Origin: Octopus vulgaris
Lineage: Eukaryota
Assembly: GCA_951406725.2 (NCBI GenBank)
Contig: OX597818.1
Span: 67,518,001 to 67,582,000 of the forward strand
Reading direction: 5' to 3'
DNA: 64,000 nt
Part shown: positions 42,916-55,554 of the stretch, piece after piece
Layout: every line of letters begins with the position of its first letter
Numbering within the stretch: the first letter of the stretch is position 1
The notes under the pieces: generated by a model
What the model saw: the letters and a program-made list of their open reading frames with translations, nothing else
Told to the model about the DNA's origin: nothing
Database searches by the model: none
Translations under genes and position numbers: made by a program

Positions 42916-42917
<2 letters not shown>
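41834..42917 (+). mobile_element. 5'-truncated R4/Dong-clade non-LTR retrotransposon (CCHC + restriction-like endonuclease), frameshifted
   Basis: WLRSSGLKAETEGFLIAAQDQ, CRICGDGQETINHIISSC (CCHC), RHD, ANRPDIIV...IDVSIP...EKLSKYKDL (PD..D RLE) and IQKIALLGTAHILR. Frameshifts at about 42062 and 42535. Flanked by (TAA)n. Confidence 0.95.
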
Positions 42918-42966
<49 letters not shown>

Positions 42967-43011
42967 TATAATAATAATTATAATAATAATAATAGTAATA
43001 ATAATAATAAT

Positions 43012-43055
<44 letters not shown>

Positions 43056-43095
43056 TAATAATAATAATAATAATAATTATAATAATAATGATAAT
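42918..43095 (+). repeat. (TAA)n microsatellite
   Basis: Direct reading. Confidence 0.97.
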
Positions 43096-43099
43096 GAAA

Positions 43100-43460
43100 T
43101 AATATAAAGATCTGGAAATAGAAATCAGCAAAATGTGGAACCTGAAGACTAAAACAATACCTGTTGTCATAGGTGCCCTGGGAATGATAGCAAAAGGGGC
43201 TTATTGCTACCTAACTAAGATACCAGGAAACCCCAAAATGGCAGAAATTCAAAAGTTAGTGCTCATGGGAACTTCTCATATCCTACGCAAAATACTTTCT
43301 ATGTAATCTCAATTTTTAAACAAACATAATTTTCGTATTGTTCTTTAGGCATTCACTAGTACAACACTAAGTACAAAACCAAATATATGGCACACTAGGC
43401 ATAACACCAACATGAACCTCCGACTTCTTGTCTCTTGAGGACTCTGGGTGAGACTTGGAT
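43100..43460 (+). mobile_element. Second R4/Dong-like 3' fragment (different subfamily)
   Basis: YKDLEIEISKMWNLKTKTIPVVIGALGMIAKG...IQKLVLMGTSHILRKILSM*, with a 3' UTR different from the first copy. Confidence 0.88.
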
Positions 43461-43640
43461 ATATAACATACAGACAATAGCACTACTAGGCACTGTTCAC
43501 ATCCTACGTAAAACACTTTCAATACAGTAACCATATGAGCATCACAACAAATCACAGCATATACCGAAGGCACACAGAGCTGCGCTCGGTAGTGCATTGA
43601 AAACATGTGATAAAAATAAGACTGAACATAATAATAATAG
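43460..43640 (+). mobile_element. Third R4/Dong-like 3' fragment (same subfamily as the first)
   Basis: Matches 42745-42917 (CACTACTAGGCACTG, GAGCATCACAACAAATCACAGCA, GGCACACAGAGCTGCGCTCGGTAGTG) and ends in TAA repeats. Confidence 0.88.
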
Positions 43641-44620
43641 TCATAATGAAAATACAAGAGTAAAATCAGCTTCTGAATTTACTTGAATCATCCGCAGGAA
43701 AACACTTCAATTATAGACTGAAGCAACAAACTCTTCTACTTTAGGCCCTGTAGCGTGAATAGTCATGGAGTCCAGGCTTTGGACTCCAGAAAATAACAAT
43801 GCAGGTATGAATAATGAGGAGCTCAGTATAAGCAGGATTGATGAGACAGATATAACGAAGCAGCAGAGGTAAATATATCAAATGAGGATCAGCTATCACG
43901 AAGATCGAGGAAGATCACTGTTTCGGCGAAAATTTTGAGAAAATTTCCAAGAGAAAGGATATCACCGCGTTTCAGAAAGCCTCTTGGTAATGATCAAGAA
44001 ATATGTGTGTGCGCGTGTGCGTGTGTATTAACGGTAAAAATAGAATGACGCTTGGACATTCGCATGGATTCTGATTATATTTAATGAAAATAACTTTTGG
44101 AAAGTATTGTCCGGCTTGATACGATTTTATAAAACATTCATTACTTCTGTGACACGAAAACTTTGAAATACGCACTGGAATTGGAGAGGTCTTGGAAAAT
44201 ATGCGAAGAATATATATTTTTTGCAATGCCTCTCACTTAGTATCATTTCAATATAAACCATTGTTTGAAATGGCATCTCTCCTTCATTTACAAATGTAAA
44301 CATTAATCTCTTAGAAAATACATCAGATATGATATTCCATAATTTCTACTTAAAACTGTCTGACTATGTTTTTATTAAAGAATTCTGAAATAAAGTTATG
44401 TAGTTAGAATTTGGGCAAATGATTTGATATTTTATATAAATTTCAAATATATGATATGGAGACTGAGATAGTTCCATTTCAAAATGATTTACTATTTTCT
44501 ATTTTTAGTTTTTAGAAATAAATTGAAGCGTCTATTGGTTAAGAATTTTTACCTAGAACTAGCAAGTTTCTCTCAAACACAAACATTACTTGAAATTATA
44601 TTCGTTTTAAACTTTTTAGG

Positions 44621-47187
44621 CATTGCACCTGCTGTGTCAGTGTAGTGGAAGATAAAAAGACAAGAAGAGTTGTTGACATTAACGTCATTGCGAACAATAT
44701 ATCAGAAATTAAGTCAGTTGAGATCATTGTTTTCAATGCAGCACACACAAAAAAAACGGTCAAACATCTGCTGATAATTCTTCTAATTGAAGAAATTTTT
44801 GAAGCAAATGTTCGTAGTAGAGTTAGGAAATTAATATTTCAGCCAGAGTAATGGGAAATACTTGCTGCTGATATCCAAGTGGGAGAGATAATTGGTAAGT
44901 TGAGTACGATTCTAATTAAGAGCAGCAGTCATTTCCCATATGTTGCTAATGCCTTTAGAAACGCAAAAAAATTTCAAGATCATATTACCCCTTACTGAGG
45001 TCTCGTGTTTTGGTGCAAAATAGTGCTGAGTGTAATTGCATAACATCATATATGAAGAAAAACATCTTATATGAAAATACTATAACTTTATTCCATATGT
45101 GTACGTTATTTTCTGCATCGATATTCAAAGAAAATATTTGTGAAAATTACAAAAAATGGCGTCAGAAATATTTTTGGTGCGTTTGATCTGAAGCTGAAGA
45201 CTTCAAAATAATAATTATGAATTGAGAAACATAGAAAACACTGAAGGTGATTTGGTTTATTTCTGCATATTTATTTGACATCAGAAGGTGAACATATTTG
45301 GAAGTTTAAAGATTTTTAAGCAGTCAACATCGAAGGCTTTGAGTGTAGGGATTATCCATACTATGTATCTTTAGTATACGTGTAAAGCTTGCTATCATTG
45401 AACTTAATTACAAACTAAAAAATATATTTGCTGTTACTGTGCCTTCCAATAACGCCAGATAGGTGTACATCGTTCATATAAACCAATCTACTCTCAGATA
45501 CATAAAATAAAACCATGCGTAGAATATCCAGGTTCACGATTTAAACTATCATGTTCGTACCATTTATCTATTTTCCCCGTGCATCTCAGGCTTCATGACT
45601 AATTTAGCAGCAATGTTGATAATTATTTCGATTATTATCATTTTTGCTCCTACTCTAATAATCATTGTTTGTGTTATTGCTGTTTTGTTGTTCTTGTTCT
45701 TGTTGTTGTTCTTGTTCTAATAAAAAGTCCACCTATTATTACACATCATATCCTGTGACTAGTTTGCATACCACTTTCCTGTCACTTCAAATCCACAGAT
45801 GTGGTTATCCTCTTGGCACACTTTTACAGACAATATCAAGTTCGACTTTACACTTACTTCTTAGTACTTCTACTTTTCTTCACATTGTGTTTTTTCTCTC
45901 AGAGTTCCAATAATTCTCTGTATAGAACTTATTTCAATGCTTTGCCACTTAGAAGCAATAATTAACGATTAACATATGCTTTTCTCGCTGTTTAAATGGT
46001 CTCAATAACTCTAGCCGTAAGAATATTTTTGAAATATGGTTATACGCTCAGATACCTTTTTGCTATCACCCTTCCTAATATAAACTAAATTCTTATTTAC
46101 CCCAAACTGAATGTAAACTTTATACTTGTACAAGAAGAATCCAAGTTTATATATCTTAGGTGTATTGGTTGTGGTTATTCATATGCATCAGGGGATTCGT
46201 TCTCCTTCTGATCAGAGACCTGGAATTTCTCAGAACGATTTTGAAACGAATCAACGCAGTAATATAAAGTAACGTTAAGTGTGAAGTAATCTTCCCTTGA
46301 CTTACATCTTTCCTAATTACTCACTTCCGCAATTTAGATCAAATTCTTTAAACATCCTCGCTTTTCCTAAAACAAAATCTTGTAATATTTTTATTGACGT
46401 TGAGTGTCCTTAAACATTCCGAAATACAGTGTTGTAATCTGATTCGATGCAGTAAGCTCACACGTTCTTTCTCATCTATATTTTACTTAATTTCATGATA
46501 TCGAATGACAGCGGGTACGCAGTTCCCCTTCACCGCTGTCTACATCTCACTTGATCTTCTTAAATTGGAGTTCATCATTTGATGTATACTCCGATGATTA
46601 GACTCTAAGTGTCGAAAATCGATTAATGTTGTGTGCCGGTTTTTATACACAACTGAGAAATGGTTAAATGTGAACGTTTGTATACTGACAATGATGGTTT
46701 ACATATATATTTTCCAATTGACAAGGTGAGAAACGAAATTAGAAATAACCTGGCATTTAGACAAATCGTGTAATATCATTTTAGCTGACAGATTATGTTT
46801 TTCTTGAGTCATCCCATGATCAGAAATTCCAGATATGGAAGATTCAACTAAATGGATCACGTATACAAATTGTATTATTTCATGCTCTGAGGAATGAGAA
46901 AAATAAACATCCGATCTTGTTAGGAGTGAAACGCATAATACTGAGGATCATAACTAAGTTTCTGGAACTAAGTTGTAACATATTCAACTAATAGTGGCCC
47001 ATTAAATTGGACATACTAATGCACTACAATGTCGTTATTCTACCCTTACCAATTAAGAAAAGATTGATTAAATTTTAGGTGAGTATAAATTCAATAATAC
47101 ATTATTTATATTTGACGGGCATCTGGTGTAGTGGTTAAGAGCGTGGGCTACTAACCCAAAGAATCCGTGTTCGATTCCAGGAAGTGA

Positions 47188-47229
<42 letters not shown>

Positions 47230-47990
47230 TTAGAATAACAAAAACAACAGCGAAAAATACTCTACGAATGAGAACTCAGGTTCGAAATTTTCCCAAGACA
47301 CCTGATGAAGGCTGTGAGTTATATCAGCCGAAAAGTTGCGTTAACAAACAAGATGAAGACAAATATCCGTCAAATGTAAATAAGGTAAATAATTCCTCAT
47401 CTCTTAAATATGGAACTGTAAATTCAATTGTTATCGACACCAGTTCCTCACTGGTTCTTGTTTGTCTGAGTATAACAGGCAGGAATCATTTTCAACCATC
47501 TTCGATGTTGTCAGATGATAGAAAGAAACCTTGTGTTTTTTATGAAGTCTTAACTTTCATACGCCACTCCTACCAACCTCACTGAAACGGATTACGAAAT
47601 TAAATATGTCATCACTATTCATGTATAGTAAAAGACGTTCTTAGATTATGGTATTATTTATAGTAGAAGGGATGTTTCATTGGAAGGTTGTAAGTTTTGT
47701 TGGTTATTCTTAGATCATGAAACGTCTGAAGAAGTAATCAGATTGTGAATTATGTTCACATTTAGAAATATATATATTTCAATTATTCATTTCTATCTTC
47801 CAATTTTGGATGTTGAGTTATAATTTCTGATTTGCTTAATAGTTCCAGGTACACTATAGATGCTTTTCTAAATGTTTTGTGTTGCAGATAAAGAATGTCC
47901 TGTTGATAACAATGTGAAACACAAATTCATGTTTCTGTATCCGACTGTTTCTACTAACAAAGTTCTGCTAAGAAAGAATATAAAAATTTT
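44621..47990 (+). pseudogene. Probable decayed intron-containing tyrosine-kinase pseudogene
   Basis: PE*WEILAADIQVGEIIG ends at a GTAAGT donor (44895). An AG-led segment at 46160 reads VLVVVI / YASGD.FSF (subdomain V-like). EYNRQESFSTIFDV and VFYEVLTFIRHSY at 47468-47573 are subdomain VIII-IX-like. No HRD or DFG was found. Confidence 0.45.
47097..47420 (+). mobile_element. Family H SINE-like element, copy 3
   Basis: Short inverted piece at about 47097-47118, tRNA head at 47118-47190, (AAT)n, GACAC-CTGATGA-A-GGCTG..CAGCC-GAAA at about 47297-47333, and tail ending GAACTG. Confidence 0.85.
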
Positions 47991-48419
47991 AGCAAACAAT
48001 TTTACATTACGGAAATTTCTAAATTGCGTATTTCTTTAAAAATTTCAAAATAAAGATTATGATTCCAATTTAAAGAACTTTAAAAATTCACGATATAACA
48101 TATCAGTGTTTAAACTTTTGAATATGCATTGCACTTGCTTTGTTCATCTTAGTATATAATCGATAGTTTAAAAATTCCTTCTGTTTGCACTCATGCTCTC
48201 GATTTTAATATCAGCGATCTATTAATATTTACTACATCGTCTGTGCTTTAAGGTAAAAAACAGAATTTCTCTGTAGTTATTCAACATCGTTAACATAGAA
48301 CCCATTAAACATCTCTCAAAATTTTTTACTACATCTGCGTCCTCGATTCCGCAAATTAAAAGCTAATAACAAGATCTTTTAGTTCGTCCTTAATATGGGA
48401 ATAAGATGGGAAGGAGTAA

Positions 48420-49010
48420 GCTTAAAATATTGACTGCAGTGTGCTACTAATAATTTATTTATCCCATCTAAAAAGATGACAGGCAAAGTCGACCTCGGCG
48501 GAATTTCATTCAACTCAGTAAAACTGGAAGAAATGCTGCTAAACATCTTGTGTGATGCTCTTAACGGTTTTGCCAGCTCCCTGGATTATATCCTAGAAAT
48601 AATCCTTTCTACTCTAGGCACAAGGCTTGAGGTTTTCTGGGAAGTGTTTAGTCGATTTCTGTGGTACTTAGTTTATCCAACCTGAATTGCAAATTCGAAT
48701 TCGGTGGGATTTGAACACACTACGTAAAGTCGGAAGAAATGCCGCAAGCATTTTGTTGGGCATGCAAATGATTCCGCCACCTCGACACTTAACAACCTAG
48801 AATAATGGTGAATAAACCACTGTTATTTGACGCGTAGTTGTGTGGTAAGAAGATGGCTTCCGACCACATGACATAGAGGTTCAGTGAAAGAGACCGATAG
48901 AAGAAATACTAGGCTTAAAATAATAAGTACTCGATTCATTCAACTAAAATTTCTGCAAGGCGGTGCCCCAGAATGGCAGCAATCTAATAACTGAATGAAG
49001 TAAAAAGGGT
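48420..49010. mobile_element. Cluster of degenerate SINE fragments (family B on -, family A on +)
   Basis: AGGCAAAGTCGACCTCGGCGGAATTT, GTGTGGTAAGAAG and GCGGTGCCCCAG motifs. Confidence 0.6.
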
Positions 49011-50087
49011 TAAGAAAGTGATAACAGGGATAACACTGTCTTCGATTTTCTAAGCCTGAAAGGAAAGTATATTAGTGACAGCTGAAATATTTCGCCTACG
49101 ATAATAGATGAGTTCGGTGAAATTATAAGAGGATCAAACAATAATAATAACTCGCTGATTGGTGCTATCATCCAGTGGTGAGTGGACGGCCCTTACTGAA
49201 TGTATTGTGTGACATTTCTTGCCACAATCACAGCACACAATTAATTCAAATGCAACAAAATCAGGCATCAATTTTGTGGTACTGTGTGGCATATTTCAGC
49301 GGTGAAATATTCTACTCTGCGTTAGCTACTTAGAGGAATATCAAACCGTTTAGATTTAAGATATAGTGAAACGTCATCAATTTGATAATAACAGGCGTAG
49401 ATACTTGCTTCCTACTCTGTCAATTCAGTGTTCAATAGCTCTTAAGAAACTTCCTAAAGTCTTTAAAACAAAGTTTATTTGTTATTATACATAGAATGAA
49501 GATTGGATGGCGACAGAACGGCGGTCTACTTGTATCAGTCAATTCAGTGTCATAGAATGTGCTCTAGCAGAACAAAGCGGTTCTGTAAAACAACAACATC
49601 ATTAACGACAACAACAACAACTGTTGCAACAGCAACAACAACATTGAAACATTTGTATTTGTCATTACTCTCTTGTCTAATATATCACTTGTGTTTAATG
49701 GTCGTCACATTTGAAATTGTGAAAATATACTAAGCAATTAAACATTATTCATATACGTCAGAATTATGTATAAAATCATCTATCGTTAATCAATATACCA
49801 ACTCATTTGTCTTCCAAACTTGAAATATTGATTTCTTTAAAATAAAAACAATCTGATTAAACTACAAAAGGATTTATTAATTTAGTATTCACTTTAAAAT
49901 CAGAACATTTCTCATGTTTAGACTCTGTTTCACAAAAAATACCAAAATTTATATCTGGGAGTGATATGTGCGCAATATATTAAAGTAACATTTTTGATAT
50001 TTTAAAACCATTTCTTTATTGATAGGAGATTATAATTTGCAAATATATAAAACGCCGAGGAGAATTATTGAAAATAATTTTGTGGTC

Positions 50088-50260
50088 GGACAAACAGACA
50101 CACAAACACACATATACACTCTACTTTCAGTTTCCGTCAACCAAGTTTATCTACCATGCTTTGGTAGACCGAGGGCTAAAGTAGAAGTCATTTACTCAAT
50201 ATGCCACGCAGTTGTTTTGAAAGCGGAAACATGATGTTGGAAAGCAAACTTCTTACCACG
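50088..50260 (-). mobile_element. Degenerate SINE family A fragment
   Basis: TTTCAGTTTCCGTC, GCCACGCAG and CTTCTTACCAC motifs. Confidence 0.65.
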
Positions 50261-50324
50261 AACAGCGCACACGCTCGTAAATAAACAACAAAATAACAAT
50301 TTAAACGCACCTTTTTATCAGTGA

Positions 50325-51534
50325 TATAGGGAAAATAGTAATAACAGAACACCCGTTTCACGTGACGAGTGGTATGTGCGTGTCGTTATAATACTGTCAG
50401 TCAGTTTCAGTATAAGTAGAGAGTACGGTACGAAATAGACGGTCAGAGATAGTCGTGGTCGTGTCTGAATATTTGTACCGGTGTGGACCTGATAACAGTT
50501 CGATATAATGGTTGCAGCAGTGGGGACGAGGAATTAATAAACTGACATTGAATTAGGAAACTCACAAAAGATTTTCTCTTTTTTTGTGCGAATTTTACGG
50601 TATACAACACTCGTAAAATTATAGAAAAATTGTTGGCCGGTTCCCTCGAATTGCAAAACAGCAAAAACAACTGAAAGAACAATAACAGCAGCAGCTACAA
50701 CTGGAAAAACAACAACAGACGCAACAGCAACAACAGTTACTATTACAGACACGAATACTGCAATCAATGAATAGGAAGTCGTCAAAAAATGCTGAAAAGA
50801 TGTTGTCTGCAGATTATGTTGCAAACTCTATGACAGAGTTTAAGTATGAACCCGACGAAGGAACGGATGTTTGTGTGGAAACTAAAATCGGTCTTTGACA
50901 AATTACGACCTGACAAGAAAAGAAAAATTGCAATGGCGATGGAGCAAGATATTTCAAAATTGGTGAAGAGGTATTTGTTTAAGGCATATAAGAATGGAAA
51001 ACAAAATTGGGAAGATGTCGTGATTACCAAAGGCAAAGGGAAAAGGCTACACTTTGTAAGAGGAAGAAAAGGAGTATACAAGAGATATGTGAACCAACTG
51101 CAAAAAATATTGGTTGAGAGCGAACGCAAGAGACTGGAAGAAGCAATGGAATGGTGATATGACACTTTCCAAGTACCAACGTCACTACAAATATTTGAAC
51201 GCAGACGCACAAGCATAAGGAAGAGAAAATGTATGAGGTCTAGGAAGTGGAGGCGAAAGGAAATATTTTAAGTATGCAACTACGAAAAGAAATCAAAAAA
51301 TGGGAGAAGGGGTGATGTAAAGATTATTGGTATTAAAAGAAATAAAATTACACTCGCTAACAAAAAAGAAAAAAACTTAAAAGGGGGAGACGTGGGGAAA
51401 ATAGCAATAATAGAACGCACCTTCCACGTGAGGAGTGGAATGCGCTACAAAGTAGTTAGTCATAGTTAGTCATGGTATTACTTGTCTAACTAACTATACT
51501 ACTATTCCGGTTTGGACGTGATAACAGTACCACA
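50325..51534 (+). mobile_element. Internally deleted Gypsy LTR retrotransposon (gag N-terminus joined to integrase C-terminus)
   Basis: 5' LTR at about 50325-50505; PBS TGGTTGCAGCAGTGGG at 50509 (tRNA-Leu-type); gag-like ANSMTEFKYEPDEG; integrase tail MFVWKLKSVFDKLRP...YKNGKQNW...YKRYVNQL; PPT AAAAGGGGGAGA; 3' LTR 51391-51534 ending CA. Confidence 0.88.
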
Positions 51535-52856
51535 TACGGATTACAACAATCAGGTACGTTGAACAAAATGCAAAATGTAGTCCAACTTAAAATTTCCAGA
51601 CGGCAGAGGAGTGTGAGATTAAATTTGGGTAGATATCCTACCCCAGTTTTTGCCATCAATCTTATGTGATGTTAACAGACCCTCCAATTATGACTGCTTT
51701 TCATTTTATCACATTTTATTCTGACGGTGCAGATATTTGTTAAATATGCAACTTCGCCTACAGTTACGAGTTTATTTGTATAATTTACTGGTTTAAAAAA
51801 CGATTAAGTATGCATTTCTCTAACAACAAAGTAGTAAAATTAAAACAGTTAACGTTTAATTTCTCCATGTATGTATGTATACATACACGACTGTATGTTT
51901 TCCTGCACTTAGTCCATGAAATCACGATACAGAAGTACAGTGTAATGTATTTCAAAATAACGTTTAATAACCATTACAGATTTGTTAGAAGCAGATAGGA
52001 CTTATCATCACGTACAGAGCCTAATGGAATCTTTGAATTGCATAGCTTGTTATACTTTGTAAATATATTCTGCTATCTACATGAATTAATTAGTGATTGA
52101 AACGGATGAATTGGAAGAGTTATGGCACAAGTAAAAAGAGATGGATCACGTTTATCAATGTTTTATCTGTTTGCAACGAATGTTATCTGTATCCATGAAA
52201 AGAGAACTGGATTGTATAATGCATCGTGTAAGTAGCTGATTAGGCTTAATAACGAGGATTAAGCATTGAATGTATCGGTTATATGTTGGCTGCAGAGAAA
52301 TACATCGTTGGAGATAGACAAGAAAATAGGAAAGAGATAAGGCAGTAAAAGCTGCTAAAGAGTCTAATATAATACTATAGGTATCACGGCTGAATGGTCA
52401 TAAAACTGAACAGGTTTGATAAGAGGGTAATATATCTTGTGTTGAGATAGAAAATTAAGCGTCATCTGTGTTATACAAACAAACGTGACGTTAAAGCACG
52501 CATAGAGAGAAACAAAAGATAAAGAGAGGGAGAAAGATAGAGTGCGGGAACGATAGATGCTGACAGATATTGCAGTTGACACGTTGAAAGATAGACTTAG
52601 AGCTGGAAGTTTAACTGCAAACAATTAGATATACCCTGCTACATACAGTCATACACTGCGGGCGCACACAAAAATACTAGCTTTAATAATATAGGATTTT
52701 TACCTCTATATAATATCAATATCGAATAGTTCAAAAAATGTTATTCGCGCTTCAAATACATTTGATAAAATAAAATCTACTGTTTACCTTTGATGAATTT
52801 AGTGTTGCTCAGCTTGCTTTATGCGATACTTTAACCTGGATGTTTAACCGAATTCG

Positions 52857-52890
<34 letters not shown>

Positions 52891-53003
52891 CACACATACA
52901 TGTGTGTATGCATGTATGTATTTATCGTGTATGTATGTGTGTTTATGTATATCTATCTATTTATCTATATACCTGTCAATCAATCTACGTATCTATCTAC
53001 CTA

Positions 53004-53065
<62 letters not shown>

Positions 53066-53771
53066 AGGTGATCAAAAAGTTTTTAATCCTGACTCATGTA
53101 TTTCAAAACACATATAGAAGAGTCAACTTATGTATGGTAAAATGAGGGACCACACTTTGAACATCTGATATAAAGTTTTTTTAAAGTCTTGTAAATCTAA
53201 TATGTTCTTTTGTAGTCTTATACCATCTGTTAAATATTTATTTTGCAATAAAAGCACTTACTGCGGAGAGACGTTTTGAACAGCCTGTAAGAAAAATCAA
53301 CTGAAACAAAACATTTAAAATTATGGAACATCAATGACATACGATGTTAGATATACCAACAGTAATTCCTATATGTTTTATTTGTAAATTTCTAAATAGA
53401 ACACAAGAAATAAAGTTGTTTTTCGCATGAAATTGGTTGTCGTTGAGGATGTCGTTATTCAATCTCAGGTGAGACCTGATCGAGTAAATATATCACAACT
53501 GATGCCAGTGCAATTATTTAATCTTTATATAATTTGAAGCCGAGCCCTATGACCCAGGAACGATTTTAGGGGGATAAAGTTATTGTTAGTATGATAATTG
53601 TTTTTATTCGTATTGTACTTCATTTATGTGGAGGCGCAATGGCCCAGTGGTTAGGACAGCGGACTCTTTTACACTGGCCACGATGCAACGCCCTATACAT
53701 AAATACATAAAAGCATATGTGTTTATGTATATATATGTATTTATGTATATATATGAATGCATATATGCATG

Positions 53772-53838
<67 letters not shown>

Positions 53839-53926
53839 AAAATTAAGGGTAAAAATTGATATTAGTCAATTAAAACCAGTGGTCTAGCACATTAAAAAGA
53901 ATCCGAAGATTAAAATATTTATATAT

Positions 53927-54348
53927 ACCAATTCAGGACTGAGCACGAAAAGGTGGTCAGTCAACATGCTAGATATAGACGTCAAATCGCCATTCTCCAC
54001 AAAGATTTTGTTCTCAAATAAAAATAAAATTCAGCACGACCTAAAGCAATGGATAACACAAAAGAAATATACGAAATGGAATAATCACCTACGTACCGAG
54101 CGGTTTCAGCTATTAATATCACAAGGATATCTGTAGCTTCGTCAGCGTAGTTTGTTATGAGCATAATATGCTGTACTAGATGAAAAACGGTACCGGAGTC
54201 TCGTATATTTCTTTTGTCTTATCCATTGCTTTAGGTCGTGCTGAATTTTATTTTTATTTGAGAACAAAATCTTTGTGGAGAATGGCGATTTGACGTCTAT
54301 ATCTAGCATGTTGACTGACCACCTTTTCGTGCTCAGTCCTTAATTGGT
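53927..54348 (-). mobile_element. PLE pLTR-like foldback: 148-bp inverted arms enclosing an HHR
   Basis: 53927-54074 and 54201-54348 are near-perfect reverse complements. Confidence 0.9.
54089..54150 (-). ncRNA. Type I hammerhead ribozyme, intact consensus
   Basis: Minus strand: CTACG-CTGACGA-AGCTA..TAGCT-GAAA-CCG-CT-CGG-TA-CGTAG. All three stems pair and the site is GUA. Confidence 0.9.
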
Positions 54349-54349
54349 C

Positions 54350-54965
54350 CCCCCCCCTCTACGTTTCTCTATCTCTCTCACCTCCAGTCCCCTCGATCTG
54401 TCTCTTTCTTCTCCTCCCTCGTCCACCTTCTCTCTCTTTTCATCTGTCCCTTTCTCCTTTCTTTAGTTCTCACGTGACCGCTAGCCACTGTTGAGCGCTC
54501 TTTTCGTTCCAGCAGTCGCCGAAGCAACACGTATTTGTTCGTCTCCCTGCGGCCATTAGGCACAACTTCATAAGCCAGCCCTAAACTCAACTCGTCCTGT
54601 CGAAAGACCCTTGTCCTACGTCCTGGTTTTGTTTTGTTTTTTTATTTTTACCGTTATTGTTTTTACGTTTTTGTATTCTTATTGGTGTCACGTATTCTGT
54701 ATTTTTGTTCGTGTACTTCGTTCGTTTTCCGTCCTCGTGTTGTATACATTCGAAGCTTTCTTCCAGGGGATCTAATGCGCTTGGCTTAGATTTCCCTTGG
54801 CGGGCTGCCCAAATCGGAGCAATCTCAAGATTAATCAGCCGAAATTGCTAAGATGATCTGGTTCTTGACTGATGACTGAGGGCTTCGAATGTCCCGTCCT
54901 GTGGTTCTTGTGTCGTCTCTGTGGTGTTTCATGTTCTTGTCCATGTCTGTAATTATTTTTACTGT
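54350..54965 (+). mobile_element. PLE-like non-coding repeat related to 22800-23600, carrying permuted HHR strands
   Basis: Shares CGCCGAAGCAAC and other motifs with the 23 kb repeat. A CATTCGAAGC/GCTTCGAATG stem encloses a structured region. Confidence 0.55.
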
Positions 54966-54968
54966 TTA

Positions 54969-55051
<83 letters not shown>

Positions 55052-55062
55052 ATATGTGCCTA

Positions 55063-55212
55063 TGTGTGGTAAGAAGGATGCATCCCAACCACGTGTTTCC
55101 GGGATCAGTCCTACTGGCTGGCACCTTGGATAACTGTCTTCTGCTATAACCTTAGGCTGGCCGAAGCCTTGAGAGTGGAATTGATGGACGGTAACAGAAA
55201 GTAGACAATCGT
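55063..55212 (+). mobile_element. SINE family A 5' fragment (3' fragment at ~56030-56200)
   Basis: TGTGTGGTAAGAAG head and GGCCGAAGCCTTG. The tail motifs AAGTACTAGGCTTACAA and CAGTCAAATGACTGAAACAAG lie downstream. Confidence 0.7.
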
Positions 55213-55519
55213 GTAAATATACACGTATATAAAGTTAATCCAAACATGAAAACACAATGAGAAAACACAACAACGCGAAGACGTGGAGCAAGTACAGTGT
55301 TATTGGACGCCCTGGAAATGAAAGATCCAAGGAAGGGAAGAGGGAGGAGAAAAATTGCCAACAATACACAGGCGGTCACCCCCCCACACACACACACACA
55401 CGCACATATATATATATATATATCAAGTAATATTCTAGTAGCTCTGCGTCGGCAAGAATTGAAAACATATGGAAAAAAGTGAAAGAGATACAGTGAAGTT
55501 GCCCCGTGAGGAATGGAAT

Positions 55520-55554
55520 ATCCAATGTTTCGGATTCAATCCTTCGTCAGGGGC
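55520..55554 (-). ncRNA. Degenerate minimal hammerhead motif
   Basis: Minus strand: GCCC-CTGACGA-A-GGAT-TGA-ATCC-GAAA-CA-TT-GGAT. The stem III CG has become CA and stem I has a mismatch. Confidence 0.5.
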
